Shown here: positions 60,581 through 64,000 of the stretch, piece by piece | How the letters are laid out: the number at the start of each line of letters is the position of its first letter | Position numbering within the stretch: the stretch's first letter is position 1 | Source: Cycas panzhihuaensis | Taxonomy: Eukaryota > Plantae > Cycadophyta | DNA: 64,000 nt | Direction of reading: 5' to 3' | Assembly (NCBI GenBank): GCA_023213395.1 | Contig: CM041465.1 | Coordinates: 220,727,741-220,791,740, forward strand | Position numbers and translations under genes: made by a program | The notes under the pieces: generated by a model | What the model was told of the DNA's origin: nothing | Database searches by the model: none | What the model saw: only the letters and a program-made list of their open reading frames with translations

Positions 60581-63500
60581 CTGCGAGCAGTGATTTGTTG
60601 TGCCTTTGCAAGAGTTGTCGTATGGCTGATTTTAGGTGCGACTAAAGCGTGCATGGAATTTGCGGGGACGGACTATTGTGCATCGCAAGAGGCTGTAGTA
60701 TGGCTGATTTTAGGTGCTGTTGGTATGCAGGACAACGTTGTTGTGCTTTAAGAGCCGCCATATGGTTGATTTTAGGTGCTGTTGGGTATGCGGGGACAGA
60801 TCTTGTTGTGCAGCCCTGAGAGTGACATACGGTTACTTGAATAGCTCTGTGGGACCCACGCAGGGTTTGCTACACCTCCAGAAGTCTGCAATAAAGATTA
60901 GATAGAGGGCAGCTAGTAGGAACAAGAAGAAATGACCAATTTTTATCAAGAAAATTGCTCTACAAGCTGAAAAAATGGCCCAGAATAGTGACGATTCTTT
61001 GTAAATAAAGTGAAGTTTGAATGGAGTGATTAAAAAACTGATTTTCAGTAAAAAAATACACATGTAACTACTGAGATCTGCTTGAATTTACAAAAAAAAT
61101 AATTTTTTCTAAAGAAAAAATTAAGGAAATCACTGTTTTTGGAAAAATAGTGAGTGTTGCACTTTAGATAAAAGTCTGAAAAAAAATTTCAGATCTGAAA
61201 TGTACTTGCTCCAGCCTACAAATGTAGCTCCAAAAGCTTGAACCTGCAAAAAAAAATCTTCAAAACAAACCTTGGATCGCCTTCGGAGTGCAAAGGTCAT
61301 CACCAAGGGTTTGTAGCTTTCTTCAAATCTCCTTAAGCAGCTGCAAACCAGAACAGAGGGAGTTAGTCTCCTCTTGGTCTGATACCAAATGTGAAAAGAG
61401 GCTAGATGGCCTCAACAGTCCCAAGATCTAGAAACTAGGATCACTCTAGTTCTAGTTGCAGAAATACAAACAAGTATAATAATCTCAAGGAAAATAGAGA
61501 GCAAAGAGACAAAGCACAAATGGAGCAAGAGAAAATGATACCCAATATGTGGAGTTGGAATTGGTCCAACCTTCAAAGAATGAACAGTTTGATTAGCAAC
61601 CGACAAAGATAACAATCTGACTCCAACTCTCTTATGAGACAATGAGGAGAGGTCTCATTATATAGAGTGAAATGAGAGACCTAAGGCCTTGGATGTTTGA
61701 CAAGTGTCAAACATCCAAGATACATGCCTTGCATGTAGGACATGTGTCCTTTTGGGCTCTCATGTGAGCAAAAATGCATGAGGGTCCATTTGACCCTTTA
61801 GTGACAACATTGTGTCACTAGAAAGAATGTGGGTGTGCACTTTATAACTTAAGTGATAAGTCACCCCTAAAGTAAAAAGTACACATATTACATGAAAATA
61901 AAAGTACATTATCTTAACATGTAAACATAAGGTTTAACAAACTCAACCTCAGGGCCTCCATCTCCAACTGATTGAAGGAGATGGCACACAAGACCAGCAT
62001 ACTCTATCCCATTCGTGAAAACCCCTTGTGGACGCGGAAGGATTAGAGTAAGTCTCTGCTCGCTCCCATTTGTGAAAACCCCTCGTGGGCGCAAAAGGAG
62101 TTGGGATGTACTTGTTTTGAAAATCAGAACCTATGAAAACCCAAAAGGGCATGGGGGATGACGAAACGGTATATGGAGACTCGATGGGCGGGCACAACCA
62201 ACTTTTACTGCTTGGCTATCTGGCTACACTCAAAGAGCCGCTTGAGCCACTTCATAGAATAGGAAATCAAGTCCGTGGGTTTTTATTCCCCTGAGGGTTT
62301 TCCCACAAATGTGTCCTGTAGGTTGTAGAATTTTTTTTTTCAATGTAATGATGAGGCTAAAATGAAGACCTCATTAGATTAGAATAGGATAAAGGAAAAT
62401 GGCCTTCTGCCATTAAGGGGGTGATTGTGACGATGTAAATGTCACATGGTCATTTCATAAAGTTAGAATTAAATAAAATCACTTTTATGTTTATAACTTA
62501 GAATAAGGTGACTATGCTTAAGTTACTTAAGTGAAATGACATAAAGTTCATTTCATTGTAATTTCATGTGATCTCATTTGAAGGTCATTGGGAGGGAAAA
62601 CTCAAATTCCAAACCCTAATGAGCATTCTCATTATATAAGCTGAAATTACATGGAGAGTGATCATATTCTACACTTCTCCTCTTTGAGCTCAAGTTATTA
62701 GCATTTCTCTTGTTGAGCACATTGTGCTTGTCTCCACTATTTGCCATTGTGTAGTGTTAGTGCACTAGATCCCTAGATCCATTCCCTCAACACACTATTC
62801 CCCATTTCCAAGAGAGTTCCATTTCTCAAAACCAAATTCTCATGGACATAATATAAAAAACGAGATATAAGAACTCAAGCAAGAGGGACCCATAACCCAC
62901 AAGTCCCAAGATCTATGTCTTGCTTTGAGAAGATAGCATACGGTTGGGGCTTCAACTCCTATGATATCTTGTCCTTAGCAAGTGGTGGACTAAGAAGTAT
63001 GGACCCCTCTCACATTTTGTTGGTAACACATAATAAAATACTTTGACAACAAAGTATCTAAAGAAGGGGAGAAATTGATGTGTACCTATCCCTCCCAATG
63101 GACCAAAGGCACATTTTAAAATATGTATTTTATAATTATGGTCTTGGAATGAATGGTACCATCTAATAAAATATGGAGTATGGTGTAGGGCTTCTCATTG
63201 ACTTTGAAACGAGTGACGATGGGCTCTAAATAGACATCATATGAGAAACTTATGACAATTTAAAATTTACAATCCTAAATATATATTATTGAAGGTCAAC
63301 TTCAAAGTCGACCCTAAACTAAAATATTGTAGGATTTTTTATATGAATTGTATATACAACCATATATAAAGAGTGGTGGGGTCATTTGAAAGATTAAGCA
63401 TTTGGAATTTATCTATTTTCTTTGCTCTTTTAAGAGGAGTTTTTATTTCCAAAAGATCCCTTGCCTCCAAGGGAGACAAGCTTTTATGAAAGACTCTTGT

Positions 63501-64000
63501 GGAAGCTTTGTAATAAAGATGTTTCATTATTAGATGCTATTTTTTTTAATCATGATGTTATCATATTCTCTCTTATTTCATTTCATTGTGCATTGCCATA
63601 TTTGCTATCATATTAGTAGTCATTCTTTTCAATGCAATTTGAAGTGAATGTCAGTGTTCTTTTGCTTCCAACCTTCGATATTTGCTCGTATTTGAGTACT
63701 TTTGTTGTTATCTACTATTAAAATCAACAAGCAACCCTGTGGGGTCCACCACACAAGCTATGGCTATTAAGCCCACATTTAAGTTCTCTAATCTGTTAAA
63801 ATCAATTGCTACTTCTTTAATTAGTGGCATCAAATCAAATGCAAGCATTGATGTTGTGATTGAGATTGCTTGAGGTAATGCATTGAGGTTTATAATCAAC
63901 AGAATAAGAATGTGGACCAAAGATGGCTATTGACATAAGTGGTGTCATGGTGATTATCAATGTAATATTGGAACACAATTGATGGGATGAAGGGGAAACC

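Larger units (their letters stand above)
51089..61939 (-). mobile_element. E9: Ty1/Copia nested antisense in the E8 RNase H end; LTRs 51089-51641 (3') and 61390-61939 (5')
   Basis: Near-identical LTRs; TSD AACTT/AACTC; PBS TGGTATCAGACC at 61376-61387 (minus); PPT GAAGGGGGG at 51642-51650. gag, PR (WIIDSGASQHMTG), IN, RT (YVDDL), RH. Confidence 0.96.
44038..62792 (+). mobile_element. E8: Ty1/Copia with ~2.2 kb leader; LTRs 44038-44388 and 62426-62792
   Basis: Perfect TSD CACTA (44033-44037 / 62793-62797); PBS TGGTATCAGAGCC at 44391-44403; PPT AAGGGGG before 62426; highly similar LTRs. Confidence 0.96.
43437..63014 (+). mobile_element. X: putative LTR (TGATGTCCCCCTT...ctcACA) interrupting the E6 3' LTR and itself split by E8
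   Basis: E6 LTR homology stops here. C/T-rich tract with a ~116 bp direct repeat (43451-43566 / 43604-43720) and a TATA-like ctataag (~43899); sequence resumes after the E8 TSD at 62798. Right end is a guess. Confidence 0.45.

Noticed and set aside
63339-63920. Short ORFs at the right end of the window
   Set aside because: No recognisable domain and no similarity to PP1 exon 1.

Overview
Plant nuclear DNA. The retroelement types and apparent giant intron suggest a large-genome gymnosperm (inference). The left end holds two canonically spliced minus-strand exons (436-995 and 131-346) of a type-1 Ser/Thr protein phosphatase (PP1/TOPP) catalytic subunit gene. No PP1 exon 1 is visible, so 996-64000 is probably part of a >63 kb first intron. 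That interval is filled with degenerate, nested retroelements, labelled here: E1 non-coding LTR element (2189-5555); E2 truncated Copia 5' end (~6960-8274); E3 non-autonomous LTR element carrying an intronless importin-4 mRNA fragment (9857-14060); E4 and E7 chromodomain Gypsy elements (~18917-24434, 33802-39503); an L1-type LINE 3' fragment with RNase H (~26360-27760); E6 large non-chromovirus Gypsy (27761-~43436); E8 Copia (44038-62792) with E9 Copia (51089-61939) inside it. Most notable: (1) E6 encodes two extra tandem capsid(Gag)-like modules inside Pol between protease and RT, plus a long extra 3' ORF; (2) E3, which shares LTR ends, PBS and PPT with E6, captured a spliced host importin-4 fragment that lies antisense to PP1; (3) E9 has a 3.4 kb internal tandem duplication whose copies share stop codons. 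All alignments and translations were done by eye; no database search was run.
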